NCBI GenBank assembly: GCA_965279375.1
Contig: OZ257156.1
Span: 384,001-448,000 of the forward strand
Direction: 5' to 3'
DNA: 64,000 nucleotides
DNA from: Gemmatimonas sp.
GTDB taxonomy: Bacteria; Gemmatimonadota; Gemmatimonadetes; Gemmatimonadales; Gemmatimonadaceae
Below the pieces are notes generated by a model. That model had not been told where the DNA came from. It made no database searches and saw only the letters and a program-made list of their open reading frames with translations. Position numbers and translations under genes: made by a program. The first letter of the stretch is position 1. Each line of letters starts with the position of its first letter. Below, one piece after another: positions 9,236 through 18,198 of this stretch.

Positions 9236-11542
9236 ATGCGCCTGAACCGAATTGCCCTCAAGCTCGCCGCCACGCTGCTCCCTGCGCTGCTCCCCGCGAT
9301 TGCGGACGCGCAGGGGCGATTGATCGCACCGATCTGCGGGCGACCGTGCCCGCCCACTGCCATCTGCGAGATTCCGCGCCCGGACCCGGTGCGCGACGAG
9401 CCGATACAGGCCGTCCGCTGCGGTGCGCGCGTCGAGAAGCGCTCGAGCGTCACACGCGTGCAGTTGGTGGATCGCGTGCTGCGTTACGAAGTGACCGAGG
9501 TGTTCCGCAACGAAGGGAGCGCGGTTGGCGAGGCGGACTACATGTTTCCGCTGCCGGCCGGTGCGGCGTTCGAAGATCTCAAGCTCTCCATCAACGGCGA
9601 GCTCGTGTCCGGCGAAACGCTGAGCGCTGACCGTGCACGCGGCATCTACGAGGAGATCGTGCGCAAGCAGCGCGATCCGGCGCTGGTGGAATGGATGGGC
9701 AGCGGCATGCTGCGCGCGCGCATTTTTCCGATCGCGCCCGGCGAAGACAAGAAGGTCGTCGTACGCTTTCAGAGCGTGGCCGCGCGTGAAGGGGACGCGC
9801 TGCGCATCGACTATCGACGCAGCGGCGACTTCTCGCTCAGCTATCCACGCAACGACCAATTCGGCGAAGCGTATTCACCTACGCATCTGCTGCGCACCCG
9901 CGACGACGGACGCGTGCGCGTCGTGACTGCCGAAGGGAGCGCGACCGACCTGACGATTCTGCTGCCGCTACGCCGTGCGGACGCGGCCGGCATGAGCGTG
10001 CTCACGCACGGTGGCAGCAACGGTAGCGATGGCGCTGGCTTCGCGATGCTCACCATCACGCCGCCGTCGGCACCGGCACGCGCCACGCCGCGCGATCTTG
10101 CCTTTGTGCTGGACGTGTCCGGCTCGATGAGCGGCCGCAAGTTGGAGCAGGCAAAGGCTGCGGGACACGCGCTGCTCAACTCGCTGCGCCCCGCGGATCG
10201 CTTTCGCCTCATCGATTTCTCGACCGACGTACGCGCCTTTCGCGATCGCTGGGTAAATGCCACGCCCACGCAGGTGAACGAAGCGCATCGATATCTCGAT
10301 AGGCTCAACGCGGAAGGCTCCACCAACATCAGCGAGGCGCTGCGTACGGCGCTCGACTGTCTCGCATCCACCGGATCGGAGCGATTGCCGCTGGTGGTGT
10401 TCGTGACAGACGGAGAGCCGACGGTGGGCGAGCGCAACCCAGACGTCATCGCGGCGTCGGCCGCACGCCTGCGCGGTGATGCGCGCGTCTTCACCGTTGG
10501 CGTGGGCACCGGCGTAAACGCCACGCTGGTGGAGCAGCTCGCACTGCAGGGACGCGGCACAGCGCACTTCGTGCGCGACGACGAATCGGTGGAAGCGCCG
10601 GTCTCGCTGCTTGCGCGTCGTTTGTCGGAGCCGCTGCTGACGGATGTGAAGTTGAGTGCCACCGGCGTACGGCTGTCTCGCGTGATGCCCAACGGCCCCA
10701 TCGATGTGTTTGCCGGGCAGGATCTTGTGGTGCTGGCACGCTACGATGGCAGCGGCGACGCGGTCATCCGTCTCGAAGGGCGTTCGGCGACCGGTCCAGT
10801 CACCTGGACTACGCGCGCGCGATTCGATGCACGTTCCAGCGCCAACCCGTTCGTGGCGCGCCTCTGGGCGGCACAGCGCATCGGATGGCTCGCGGCGGAG
10901 AAGCGGCGCAGCGGCGGCACGAGCGAGATGGACGCGGAGATTCGCACACTCGGCGAGCGCTATGGCATTCCCACGGAGTTTTCTTCGTATCTCGTGCTGG
11001 AGCCCGGCATGACCGTGGGTAACCTCGCGCAGCCGCAGTCGGTGGATCGCAGCATGAGTCGTGGCGTGCTGGGCGCCGTCACACGCAGCGCCAAGACGTC
11101 GAGTGCGCCCATGCCGAGCGCTGTGGCGACCAGTGCACCCGCAGCTGCCCCCGCTGATTCGCGTTCTGATGCACGCTTTGAAGCCGCACGCGGTGCGGCA
11201 ATGCAGCGCGACGCCAAGTCCGTGGCGATGCTCGACAATCTGGCGGAATCGGATGCTCGGAGTGGCGAGCGCACCACACGCGTGGTCGGCAATCGGCGAC
11301 TGTCGCTCGCGTCGGGGGTATGGACCGATGCACGTTTCACCAATGCGATGCGCGTGGTGCGCGTGCGCCCCTTCTCCGTCCTCTACTTCGAACTGCTGCG
11401 ACGCATGCCCGACCTGCAGGATGTCTTCGCACTCGGTGACCGCGTGATCGTCGCCGGCCGCACCGTCGCCATCGAGTTGGCCGCAGACGGCGCGGAACGC
11501 GTGGACGCCGCGCAGTTGGCCGCACTGCAGCGCGACTGGTAA
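9236..11542 (+). CDS. Secreted VIT + von Willebrand factor A domain protein
   Basis: Signal peptide; VIT motifs (EADYMFPLP, ARGIYEEIVRKQRDPALVE, ARIFPI); vWA MIDAS residues DVSGS..GSTNI..FVTDG; RLWA. SD GGAG before ATG 9236. Confidence 0.9.
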   Translation: MRLNRIALKLAATLLPALLPAIADAQGRLIAPICGRPCPPTAICEIPRPDPVRDEPIQAVRCGARVEKRSSVTRVQLVDRVLRYEVTEVFRNEGSAVGEADYMFPLPAGAAFEDLKLSINGELVSGETLSADRARGIYEEIVRKQRDPALVEWMGSGMLRARIFPIAPGEDKKVVVRFQSVAAREGDALRIDYRRSGDFSLSYPRNDQFGEAYSPTHLLRTRDDGRVRVVTAEGSATDLTILLPLRRADAAGMSVLTHGGSNGSDGAGFAMLTITPPSAPARATPRDLAFVLDVSGSMSGRKLEQAKAAGHALLNSLRPADRFRLIDFSTDVRAFRDRWVNATPTQVNEAHRYLDRLNAEGSTNISEALRTALDCLASTGSERLPLVVFVTDGEPTVGERNPDVIAASAARLRGDARVFTVGVGTGVNATLVEQLALQGRGTAHFVRDDESVEAPVSLLARRLSEPLLTDVKLSATGVRLSRVMPNGPIDVFAGQDLVVLARYDGSGDAVIRLEGRSATGPVTWTTRARFDARSSANPFVARLWAAQRIGWLAAEKRRSGGTSEMDAEIRTLGERYGIPTEFSSYLVLEPGMTVGNLAQPQSVDRSMSRGVLGAVTRSAKTSSAPMPSAVATSAPAAAPADSRSDARFEAARGAAMQRDAKSVAMLDNLAESDARSGERTTRVVGNRRLSLASGVWTDARFTNAMRVVRVRPFSVLYFELLRRMPDLQDVFALGDRVIVAGRTVAIELAADGAERVDAAQLAALQRDW

Positions 11543-11549
11543 GGGACGC

Positions 11550-12089
11550 ATGGAAGACGAAGCCCTCGAACGCCTGTTCAAGCTCTATCACCAACCGCTC
11601 GTGCGCTATCTCACGCGGCGACTGGGCGACAGGGACTGGGCCGAGGAGGTCGCGCAGGAGACGTTCCTGCGCGCCCTCGGGCAGGACTCGCTTCAGAGCG
11701 AGCGTTCGTGGCTCTTCGCGGTAGCGACCAATCTCGTGCGCGACGAGGCCCGCAAGGACACGCGGCGTCGCTCGCGACTGCAGCAGCTCACGCTGGAATC
11801 ACGCGTGGAGCAGGAAGTGCACACGGTCGAGGATGACGCCGAGCAGACCGCTGAACGTGCGCATGAACGCGCCTTGGCGCGGAAAGCCGTGGACGCATTG
11901 GCGGAAAAGGATCGGCTCGCATTGTTGATGCGCGAAGAAGGGTTGGACTACGGAGAGATTGCCGCCGCGCTGGGGCTCTCGGTCGGCTCGGTGGGGACCA
12001 CGTTGTCGCGGGCGCGTCGTCGATTGACGGAGCACTACGAATCCATGCAGTCGGCGCAGGGGACGGGAGGAGCAGATGCAGCATCCTGA
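11550..12089 (+). CDS. ECF-type RNA polymerase sigma-70 factor
   Basis: Region 2 (AEEVAQETFLRA..SWLFAVATNLVRD) and region 4 (LDYGEIAAALGLSVGSVGTTLSRARRRL). Confidence 0.95.
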   Translation: MEDEALERLFKLYHQPLVRYLTRRLGDRDWAEEVAQETFLRALGQDSLQSERSWLFAVATNLVRDEARKDTRRRSRLQQLTLESRVEQEVHTVEDDAEQTAERAHERALARKAVDALAEKDRLALLMREEGLDYGEIAAALGLSVGSVGTTLSRARRRLTEHYESMQSAQGTGGADAAS

Positions 12090-13329
12090 TGAAGGCACCG
12101 TGCACGCGTGGCTGGACGATGCGCTGTCGGCGGAGGAAGCGCAGGCGCTCGAGACGCACGTAGCGTCGTGCGCGGAGTGCGCGGCGATGGTGGCGGAGGC
12201 GCGCGGACTGATCGCATCGGCGTCGCGGATCGTGCGGCAGTTGGATGGCGTGCCGGCCAAGGTGATACCCATCGCGTCGGCCAAGCGCGCGCCGGCGACT
12301 CGTTCGTGGACACGCTACTCCGGTCTGGCCGCTGCAACGCTGTTCGTGGCGACCACGGCGACGTGGGTGGCCGTGCGGGACAAGGGCGCGATCGGGGTGA
12401 CGGTGCCGTCGGTGGCGATGGAGTTCGACGCGTCGAAAGCCGCGCCGATGGCCGCCGACTCTGCTGCGCCGGCGCGATCGCCAATGCCGTCACCCGCGCC
12501 GTCTGCCATCGCCGATGCCGCGCCCGTTGCGCAGTCGCTCAAGTCAGCGCCGGCGCGTGAGAGCGTGGGTCGTGTGGCACAATCACTTGCCGATCGACGC
12601 AGCGAGGCGGTCGCCGCGCCGATGGCCGCCGCGCCGGCGGCAATAGCGCCGGCGACCACGGCCTCTGCGATGCCGGCGGCCGCCGTCGCGGCACGCATGT
12701 CCGTCGAGACGGCGAACGAAGCTCCGGTCTCGCTCGCGGGCTGCTATCGCCTCATGTCCATCGCAGCCACCGGAAACAGTGTGGCCACAACGCTCCGTCT
12801 CACCGACTCGCTCACTCCGTCGGACGCCGCCAAACGCGCCGACGCCACGCCCATCGATCGCCTCGTCGGCACGTACATCGGCTACGCGACGGGACTTGGT
12901 CCTGCAATGGCGCTGGCCGAACGCGTACAAGCCAGTGCGAAGGCGAATGACGCTGCGCTGGGCGCAGCGACTCGCGCCTCGCCAGCGGCCCCACCTGCTG
13001 CCGCGCGCACGGCAACCACGCGCTCCGCGATGGCGTCGGCTGCGGCACCAGCTGCAGCACCAGCTGCGGCTCCGGCGCTCGTACTCAACGCCAACGCGAT
13101 GATTCGCTGGTCACCCGCCGGCGACGGTCTCGTGCGCGTGCTGCTCGCCGATAAGTCCACGCTCCTGATACGACTCACGGCCGACGCCGCGGCGAGAGCC
13201 GCTGACATCAGCCGTGATCGAGATGCGTCTGCTACTGCGACTGCTACTGCTACTGCTACTGCTACTGCTACTGCTGCATCTGGGCCAACGGTGCAGTTCA
13301 CCGCGACACGCGTGAGCTGCCCGCAGTAA
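12076..13329 (+). CDS. Zinc-binding (ZAS/zf-HC2) membrane anti-sigma factor with Ala/Pro-rich extracytoplasmic part
   Basis: N-terminal H..HVASCAEC (HxxxCxxC), one TM (GLAAATLFVATTATWVAV). Overlaps the sigma stop and has SD GGAGG. Confidence 0.85.
   Translation: MQHPDEGTVHAWLDDALSAEEAQALETHVASCAECAAMVAEARGLIASASRIVRQLDGVPAKVIPIASAKRAPATRSWTRYSGLAAATLFVATTATWVAVRDKGAIGVTVPSVAMEFDASKAAPMAADSAAPARSPMPSPAPSAIADAAPVAQSLKSAPARESVGRVAQSLADRRSEAVAAPMAAAPAAIAPATTASAMPAAAVAARMSVETANEAPVSLAGCYRLMSIAATGNSVATTLRLTDSLTPSDAAKRADATPIDRLVGTYIGYATGLGPAMALAERVQASAKANDAALGAATRASPAAPPAAARTATTRSAMASAAAPAAAPAAAPALVLNANAMIRWSPAGDGLVRVLLADKSTLLIRLTADAAARAADISRDRDASATATATATATATATAASGPTVQFTATRVSCPQ
13231..13275 (+). 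repeat. Hexanucleotide microsatellite (GCTACT)n encoding an (Ala-Thr)n tract
   Basis: gctactgcgactgctactgctactgctactgctactgctactgct, about 7.5 units, in frame. Confidence 0.9.
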
Positions 13330-13340
13330 CCCAGCACGCC

Positions 13341-14102
13341 TTATCCCGGGCCTCCGCCCGGCAGGTGCGCAAACACTTTGCCCATGAAACCGAACATGTC
13401 CTGGTCGGGCGTGTTCGGCAGCTTCTGCGCCAACGCGGCCCCTTCGTGCTGGTACATCGTGCGCACGTTCTGGGCGATCTCGCGATTGCCCCCCGTGAAC
13501 TCGTTCACCAGCCCACGCCAACGCTCGGCGAGTGCCAGCAGCTCGGGATCGTTCGTTGCGGTGCCCTTGGCCATGTGCTCGCGCACGGCGGGGATGATCT
13601 CGCCCCACTCCGCGGCCACCTGATCCATCCGCTCCTGACTCACCGACTGTCGGCGCTGCTCCAGCTCCGCGAGTTGCTCGGTCGTGAAATACTTCTCCAT
13701 GATTTGCATGTCCTCGATGATGCGATAGAGATCTTCCGTGGAGATCGTCTTCGCCGTGTCCAAGTGATGCGCCAGCCGTCGCAACCGATCCGCGAGCCGC
13801 TGTTGCAGAGCGATCTGCATCTGAATGCGGTCGAGGTGCAGTTGAATCACGCGCTGTGCGGTGAGATCCGGTTGGTCCAGCAGCTGCCGGATCTCGTCGA
13901 GTGGAATACCGGTCATGCGCAACGACTGGATCTGTTGCAATCGCGACACGTCTGCATGCGCATACAGCCGATGTCCCGACGCCGTCCGCTGCGAGGGATG
14001 CAACAGACCGATCTCGTCGTAGTGATGCAGCGTGCGAACTGACAGCCCCGTCCGACGGGCCAACACGCCAACCTTGATGGGGACTGACCCTTCCGCTGAC
14101 AT
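13341..14102 (-). CDS. MerR-family regulator, TipA/AlbA/SkgA type, with a C-terminal TipAS-like drug-recognition domain
   Basis: MerR HTH (VGVLARRTGLSVRTLHHYDEIGLLHPS..GHRLY), coiled coil, then EKYFTTEQL..W..DP....LAERW..LVNEFTGG. SD AAGGAG before ATG 14102. Confidence 0.9.
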   Translation of the reverse strand: MSAEGSVPIKVGVLARRTGLSVRTLHHYDEIGLLHPSQRTASGHRLYAHADVSRLQQIQSLRMTGIPLDEIRQLLDQPDLTAQRVIQLHLDRIQMQIALQQRLADRLRRLAHHLDTAKTISTEDLYRIIEDMQIMEKYFTTEQLAELEQRRQSVSQERMDQVAAEWGEIIPAVREHMAKGTATNDPELLALAERWRGLVNEFTGGNREIAQNVRTMYQHEGAALAQKLPNTPDQDMFGFMGKVFAHLPGGGPG

Positions 14103-14169
14103 CCTGCGCTCCTTCAATGCAACCGGTGAATACGGTTCCGGTGAAACGGTCCTGCGTGGCCACGAGGAC

Positions 14170-14200
14170 ATGCTACGCCCTCACGTTGCGTGAGGTGCAA
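14170..14200 (-). promoter_or_regulatory. MerR-type promoter/operator: -35 TTGCAC, 19-bp spacer with palindrome CCTCACG-caa-CGTGAGG, -10 TAGCAT
   Basis: Minus strand reads TTGCAC CTCACGCAACGTGAGGGCG TAGCAT. A 19-bp spacer with a dyad overlapping the -35 is the MerR hallmark. It lies directly upstream of the MerR gene. Confidence 0.9.
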
Positions 14201-14230
14201 GGGGGGCACGCAAAGTTGTTTCGACGCGAC

Positions 14231-15118
14231 TCAGCGCACGAAGTCGAAGCTCGCCGCCGTCGTGCGTCCGCGCCAATACGGACGCGATACACCGCCCAGA
14301 ATCCACGCGACCTCACCCTGCTCGGGGATGAGCATGCCGTCGTGCCGCGCGTACTGCCAGAACCGCCCTTCCCACGGCGCTTCGGTCGTCACGCCGTCCA
14401 CCGCACGGCCACGCGCCTTCACATAGATGCCACTGACTTCATTCTGCGCATTGAAGCGAAACTCCATCGACGTGTGCACGTCGCCGTCATCGACGGTGGC
14501 CATCGCGACCGAATCGGAAACGGGCGTCCACGTCACGCCGGCCGACGGCAGCAACGCGGTCGGTAACCACACGCCTTCCGCCAGGTAGCGCATCAGTTCA
14601 CCCTCGGCCATCGCACCGCCACCGGACACGTCGGCCATCGTCTTGAGCCCCAGCACGTCGGCGCGCAGCGCGCCCACGCCGCGACTGTAGCTGTCGCGCA
14701 CGTACACCGGCAGCAGCGGTGCCTGCCGAATGGTGGCATCCCACAGCATGCCGATTGGTGCGACGGTGAACAGCTCACGCGCGGAGAACTTGCGCCAGCT
14801 CTCCTCGCTGTCACCCATCTTGAACGTCCCTTCCTGCTCGAAGCGGGCGACGTTCACCCGACGCTGTCCCGCCTTCAGCACGTGGCGGAAATAGCGCGCG
14901 ACCGGCGCTGGCAGCCCCTCCAGTTCGGACTCCGCATACCGTGCACCCGCGGAGTGCGGGTTGGCCGAGAGTGAGTTGACCCTCTCCCCCGCCAAATCCA
15001 CGAACGACTCGTCGATGCGGGACGACGCGGACGACCAGCGCCACCGTCCCACCGCCAGCAATACGCCGTAGAGCAGCAGCAGCGACACGGTCGCGCTGAG
15101 AAGGATCTTCACCCACAT
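14231..15118 (-). CDS. DUF6544-like membrane-anchored protein
   Basis: N-terminal TM; LEGLPAPVARYF, VRDSY, GELMRYLAEGVWLPTALL, GMLIPEQGEVAW are typical of this family. Confidence 0.75.
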   Translation of the reverse strand: MWVKILLSATVSLLLLYGVLLAVGRWRWSSASSRIDESFVDLAGERVNSLSANPHSAGARYAESELEGLPAPVARYFRHVLKAGQRRVNVARFEQEGTFKMGDSEESWRKFSARELFTVAPIGMLWDATIRQAPLLPVYVRDSYSRGVGALRADVLGLKTMADVSGGGAMAEGELMRYLAEGVWLPTALLPSAGVTWTPVSDSVAMATVDDGDVHTSMEFRFNAQNEVSGIYVKARGRAVDGVTTEAPWEGRFWQYARHDGMLIPEQGEVAWILGGVSRPYWRGRTTAASFDFVR

Positions 15119-15217
15119 GACTTGACTGCTCCGTTGAAGGCCACCCGCGCGTCGATCGTACGAAGGGTGCACGCTTCGTGCCGTCAAGGCGGGGGGCCGC
15201 AGGCGGGACCTACACGG

Positions 15218-16768
15218 CTACTTCCGCTCGCCAGTCCAGAAGACGATCACGCCACAGGTCGATCGTCCCGTGAACTGCGCGGGCGCCGTCATCGCACTTG
15301 GGTACACCTCCACCGCGCGCACGAAGTCAGCGGCCATCACGAACTCCAAGTCATCGGTGTCCACCACCGGCGCACCGTCGATGAAAAGGCTCGGCTGACA
15401 GAGCTCTCGTCCGGTCCCACGCATCCTCACGCGATACCCGCTGCCGCTGGGGATCACCCGCACGCCCGCCATGTTGCCGAAAATGTCCGTTGTCCGAAGC
15501 GGTGGCCGCTCGAGCAGATCCTCCGGCCCGAGGAACGTGCCGCTGGCTGCCGACTTGCGACGCGCGTCGAACTCGGCGAGCGAGCGGCTGCGCACGCCAT
15601 TCACCGCAGCGCGAATGCGCAACGTGTCCATTCGCGTCAGTCGCTCGAAGCTCACCACCAGCGTGGTGCTGTCGTCGCGGATCACGTCCACCACGCGCGT
15701 CTGCGGCAGATACCCGATCGCGCGCGCGTCCAGCGTGTGCGTGCCTGTCGGCAAGTCGCTCAGCACGAATACCCCGCTCGCTGTCGACGCGCTTTCCAGA
15801 CCCGTGCCCCACACGCTCAGCCGCACGTTGTCCAGCGGGGGGCCCTGCGCCTGCATCGCCTTGCCGCGCAACTGACCGTCGCCGCGCAGCACGTCGATCG
15901 CCGAGTCCTTGCTCGTGTCCGCTGCGACCCGTTTGGTCGAGTCGCGCGATCCGACGTCGGGCGACGCCGTATCCAACGGTGCCGCAATGCTCGCGTGTCG
16001 CACGCGCCCCACGTACAGATCGCGCAGCAGCAGGCCGTCCTCCGGCACCGTCAACTCGGCCGCACCGCTCGAATCCGCGCCGCTCCATCCGCGCACGCGC
16101 AGCACACCGTCCAATGGGACACCGCAGAGCGTGAAGATGCCGTCGGCATCGGTGTCCACCTCGAGGGTTGGCACCGTGCGCTCCGTGCCTGCGCTCGTGA
16201 GAGCCAGCTCCAGCCACTGCACACGCACGGTACCCCGTACCGGGCGTCGGCCCTGCTCGGCATCTCGTAATCGGCCACGCACATACCCCGAGCGTTCGCG
16301 CACCGCCGTGTCCCCGCACACGCTGCGGATCATGCTGCGCGCGCTCGGCACCGACAGACGCACGCGCTCCGACTTTCCGTCGCGAAGCTCGACCCCGCGC
16401 GCGAGTTGCTGCACGCCGAGCGAATCCAGACGCGGATGACGCGCGCCGACCGCGTATTGGGCGGCGGGCAACGAGTCGATCGTGTACTCGCCTTGCGTAT
16501 TCGTGCTGGCGTCGCGCACAATGGCCGGATTATCCAGTCGCACCAACTGCACGGTTGCGCCAACGAGCGGCCGCTTCGCCGAGCTGTCGAACACCACGCC
16601 GTGGATGCGCCCAAGTCGCACCGGCGGGGATCCCGACGACTGCGCCCGAAGCGCCGCAGGTGCGAGACTCGCCGCACCAACGAGTATCGCGTGCCGCAGG
16701 CGCCCCCTCGCGCGCGGCGGGAGCGACCACAGGCACGACAAAACGCGCAGCGCCGTCATTCCGATCAC
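15218..16768 (-). CDS. Exported protein with carboxypeptidase-regulatory-like repeats and a C-terminal TonB-plug-like domain, no beta-barrel
   Basis: Signal peptide; IHGVVFDS..PLVGATV; SDLPTGTHTLDARAIGY; C-terminal CQPSLFIDG..VRAVEVYPS..CGVIVFWT. Start uncertain (16768 or 16759). Confidence 0.75.
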   Translation of the reverse strand: MIGMTALRVLSCLWSLPPRARGRLRHAILVGAASLAPAALRAQSSGSPPVRLGRIHGVVFDSSAKRPLVGATVQLVRLDNPAIVRDASTNTQGEYTIDSLPAAQYAVGARHPRLDSLGVQQLARGVELRDGKSERVRLSVPSARSMIRSVCGDTAVRERSGYVRGRLRDAEQGRRPVRGTVRVQWLELALTSAGTERTVPTLEVDTDADGIFTLCGVPLDGVLRVRGWSGADSSGAAELTVPEDGLLLRDLYVGRVRHASIAAPLDTASPDVGSRDSTKRVAADTSKDSAIDVLRGDGQLRGKAMQAQGPPLDNVRLSVWGTGLESASTASGVFVLSDLPTGTHTLDARAIGYLPQTRVVDVIRDDSTTLVVSFERLTRMDTLRIRAAVNGVRSRSLAEFDARRKSAASGTFLGPEDLLERPPLRTTDIFGNMAGVRVIPSGSGYRVRMRGTGRELCQPSLFIDGAPVVDTDDLEFVMAADFVRAVEVYPSAMTAPAQFTGRSTCGVIVFWTGERK

Positions 16769-17001
16769 AAGACATTCCCTCCAGCCGTTCGGTGAGACGA
16801 AACCCTGTCGGGCCCACGTCGTTGTCCTCGCGCAATGTGCGCGGTGACCGCGGCGGCTGTCCAGGTCGCTCCCTCACGGCACGGGCCCGTCGCCCCCATC
16901 TATCCCGCACGCGTCACCTCGGAGCGGGACGAAGCGATATGCCGACGCCCTTGCCTCGTCGGCCGCCGTGAGGGATTCGGCGCGGGCAGCGCTTCCGCGC
17001 G

Positions 17002-17030
17002 TTGACAGGGGAGTCAGCATCCCGTATGAA
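17002..17030 (+). promoter_or_regulatory. Candidate sigma70 promoter for chaN (TTGACA-N17-TATGAA)
   Basis: Perfect -35 hexamer, 17-bp spacer and a partial -10, about 45 nt before ATG 17077. Confidence 0.4.
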
Positions 17031-17076
17031 CCGTACTTCCTGCACGCGGTCGCTATTCGCCAAACCGGATGTCTGC

Positions 17077-18075
17077 ATGACTCTTTTCGTTCGCCCACTC
17101 GTCATCGCGCTGGCGCTGACCTCCACGCTCACGCTGGCCGCCTGTGGTGGCGCCGCACGCGTCGGCTCGGCGTCACCCACCGTATCGCCTGAGCAGGGAC
17201 CGCAAAACCTGCGCGTCTACGACACGAAGGGCGCACGCTTCGTGCCGTTCTCCCGTCTTGCCGACGCGGTCAACAGCGTGGACGTCGTCTTCCTCGGCGA
17301 GCAGCACGACGATCCCGGCACACATGCCGCTGAACTCGCCGTGCTCGCCGCGCTCGGCGCGCGGCATGATCGCGTCGTACTGTCGCTCGAGATGTTCGAG
17401 CGCGACGTGCAGCCGGTACTCAACCGCTATCTCGCCGGTACGGTGAGCGAAAAGGACTTCCTCGCTGACTCGCGCCCGTGGCCGCGCTACACCACCGACT
17501 ATCGTGGCATGGTCGAGCTCGCGCGCATTCGTGGGTGGCCGGTGATCGCCGCCAACGTGCCACGCCGTATCGCCAGCGCGGTAAGTCGCGCCGGTCTCGC
17601 CACGCTCGACACGATGAACGCCGTCGAACGCGCCTTCTCCGCCAAGGAGAACAAGTGCCCGAAGGACCTCTACTACCAGAAGTTCGTCGCCACGATGGGT
17701 GACATGTCCGCCAGCCACGGCGGCAGCGCGCCTGCTCCCGCCGCCGCAGGCAGCGCCCCCAAGCCGTCCGCCGCGCCCTCGGTCGATCGCATCTACGAAG
17801 CGCAGTGCGTCAAGGACGAGACGATGGGCGAGTCGGCCGCCAACGCACTCGCTGCCGCAGGACGTGGAGCCGTCGTGCTGCACGTGGATGGTGCGTTTCA
17901 CTCGGACTTTGGACTGGGCACCGCCGAGCGTGTGCGTCGTCGCGCGCCCTCGGCCAAAACGCTGGTCCTGAGCGCGGTGCCTGTGTCAGATCTCGCCACA
18001 GCCAACGGCAGTGAGTACGCCACGCGTGGAGATTTCATTCTCTTCACGCGCGCACCGGTCAAGGATACGAAGTAG
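17077..18075 (+). CDS. ChaN/PhuW-family lipoprotein (putative haem-binding, iron-regulated)
   Basis: Lipobox LAAC; DVVFLGEQHDD, LSLEMFERDVQ, YRGMVELAR, VIAANVPR, AQCVKDETM, GAFHSDFGLG. Confidence 0.85.
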   Translation: MTLFVRPLVIALALTSTLTLAACGGAARVGSASPTVSPEQGPQNLRVYDTKGARFVPFSRLADAVNSVDVVFLGEQHDDPGTHAAELAVLAALGARHDRVVLSLEMFERDVQPVLNRYLAGTVSEKDFLADSRPWPRYTTDYRGMVELARIRGWPVIAANVPRRIASAVSRAGLATLDTMNAVERAFSAKENKCPKDLYYQKFVATMGDMSASHGGSAPAPAAAGSAPKPSAAPSVDRIYEAQCVKDETMGESAANALAAAGRGAVVLHVDGAFHSDFGLGTAERVRRRAPSAKTLVLSAVPVSDLATANGSEYATRGDFILFTRAPVKDTK

Positions 18076-18198
18076 TCGAGCCTCGCCCGTCGGCGATTCG
18101 CGCAGTCGAGGATTCCGTCGTAGCATCTACCGACACAGTGCCTGAGGCCGCTCGGCAGTTTCCCGAGCGGCAGACCCCACGGTTTCGGAGATTGCTCG

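Noticed and set aside
14103..14171. Longer N-terminus of the MerR ORF from ATG 14171
   Set aside because: That ATG overlaps the -10 hexamer of the promoter, and ATG 14102 has a strong SD (AAGGAG).
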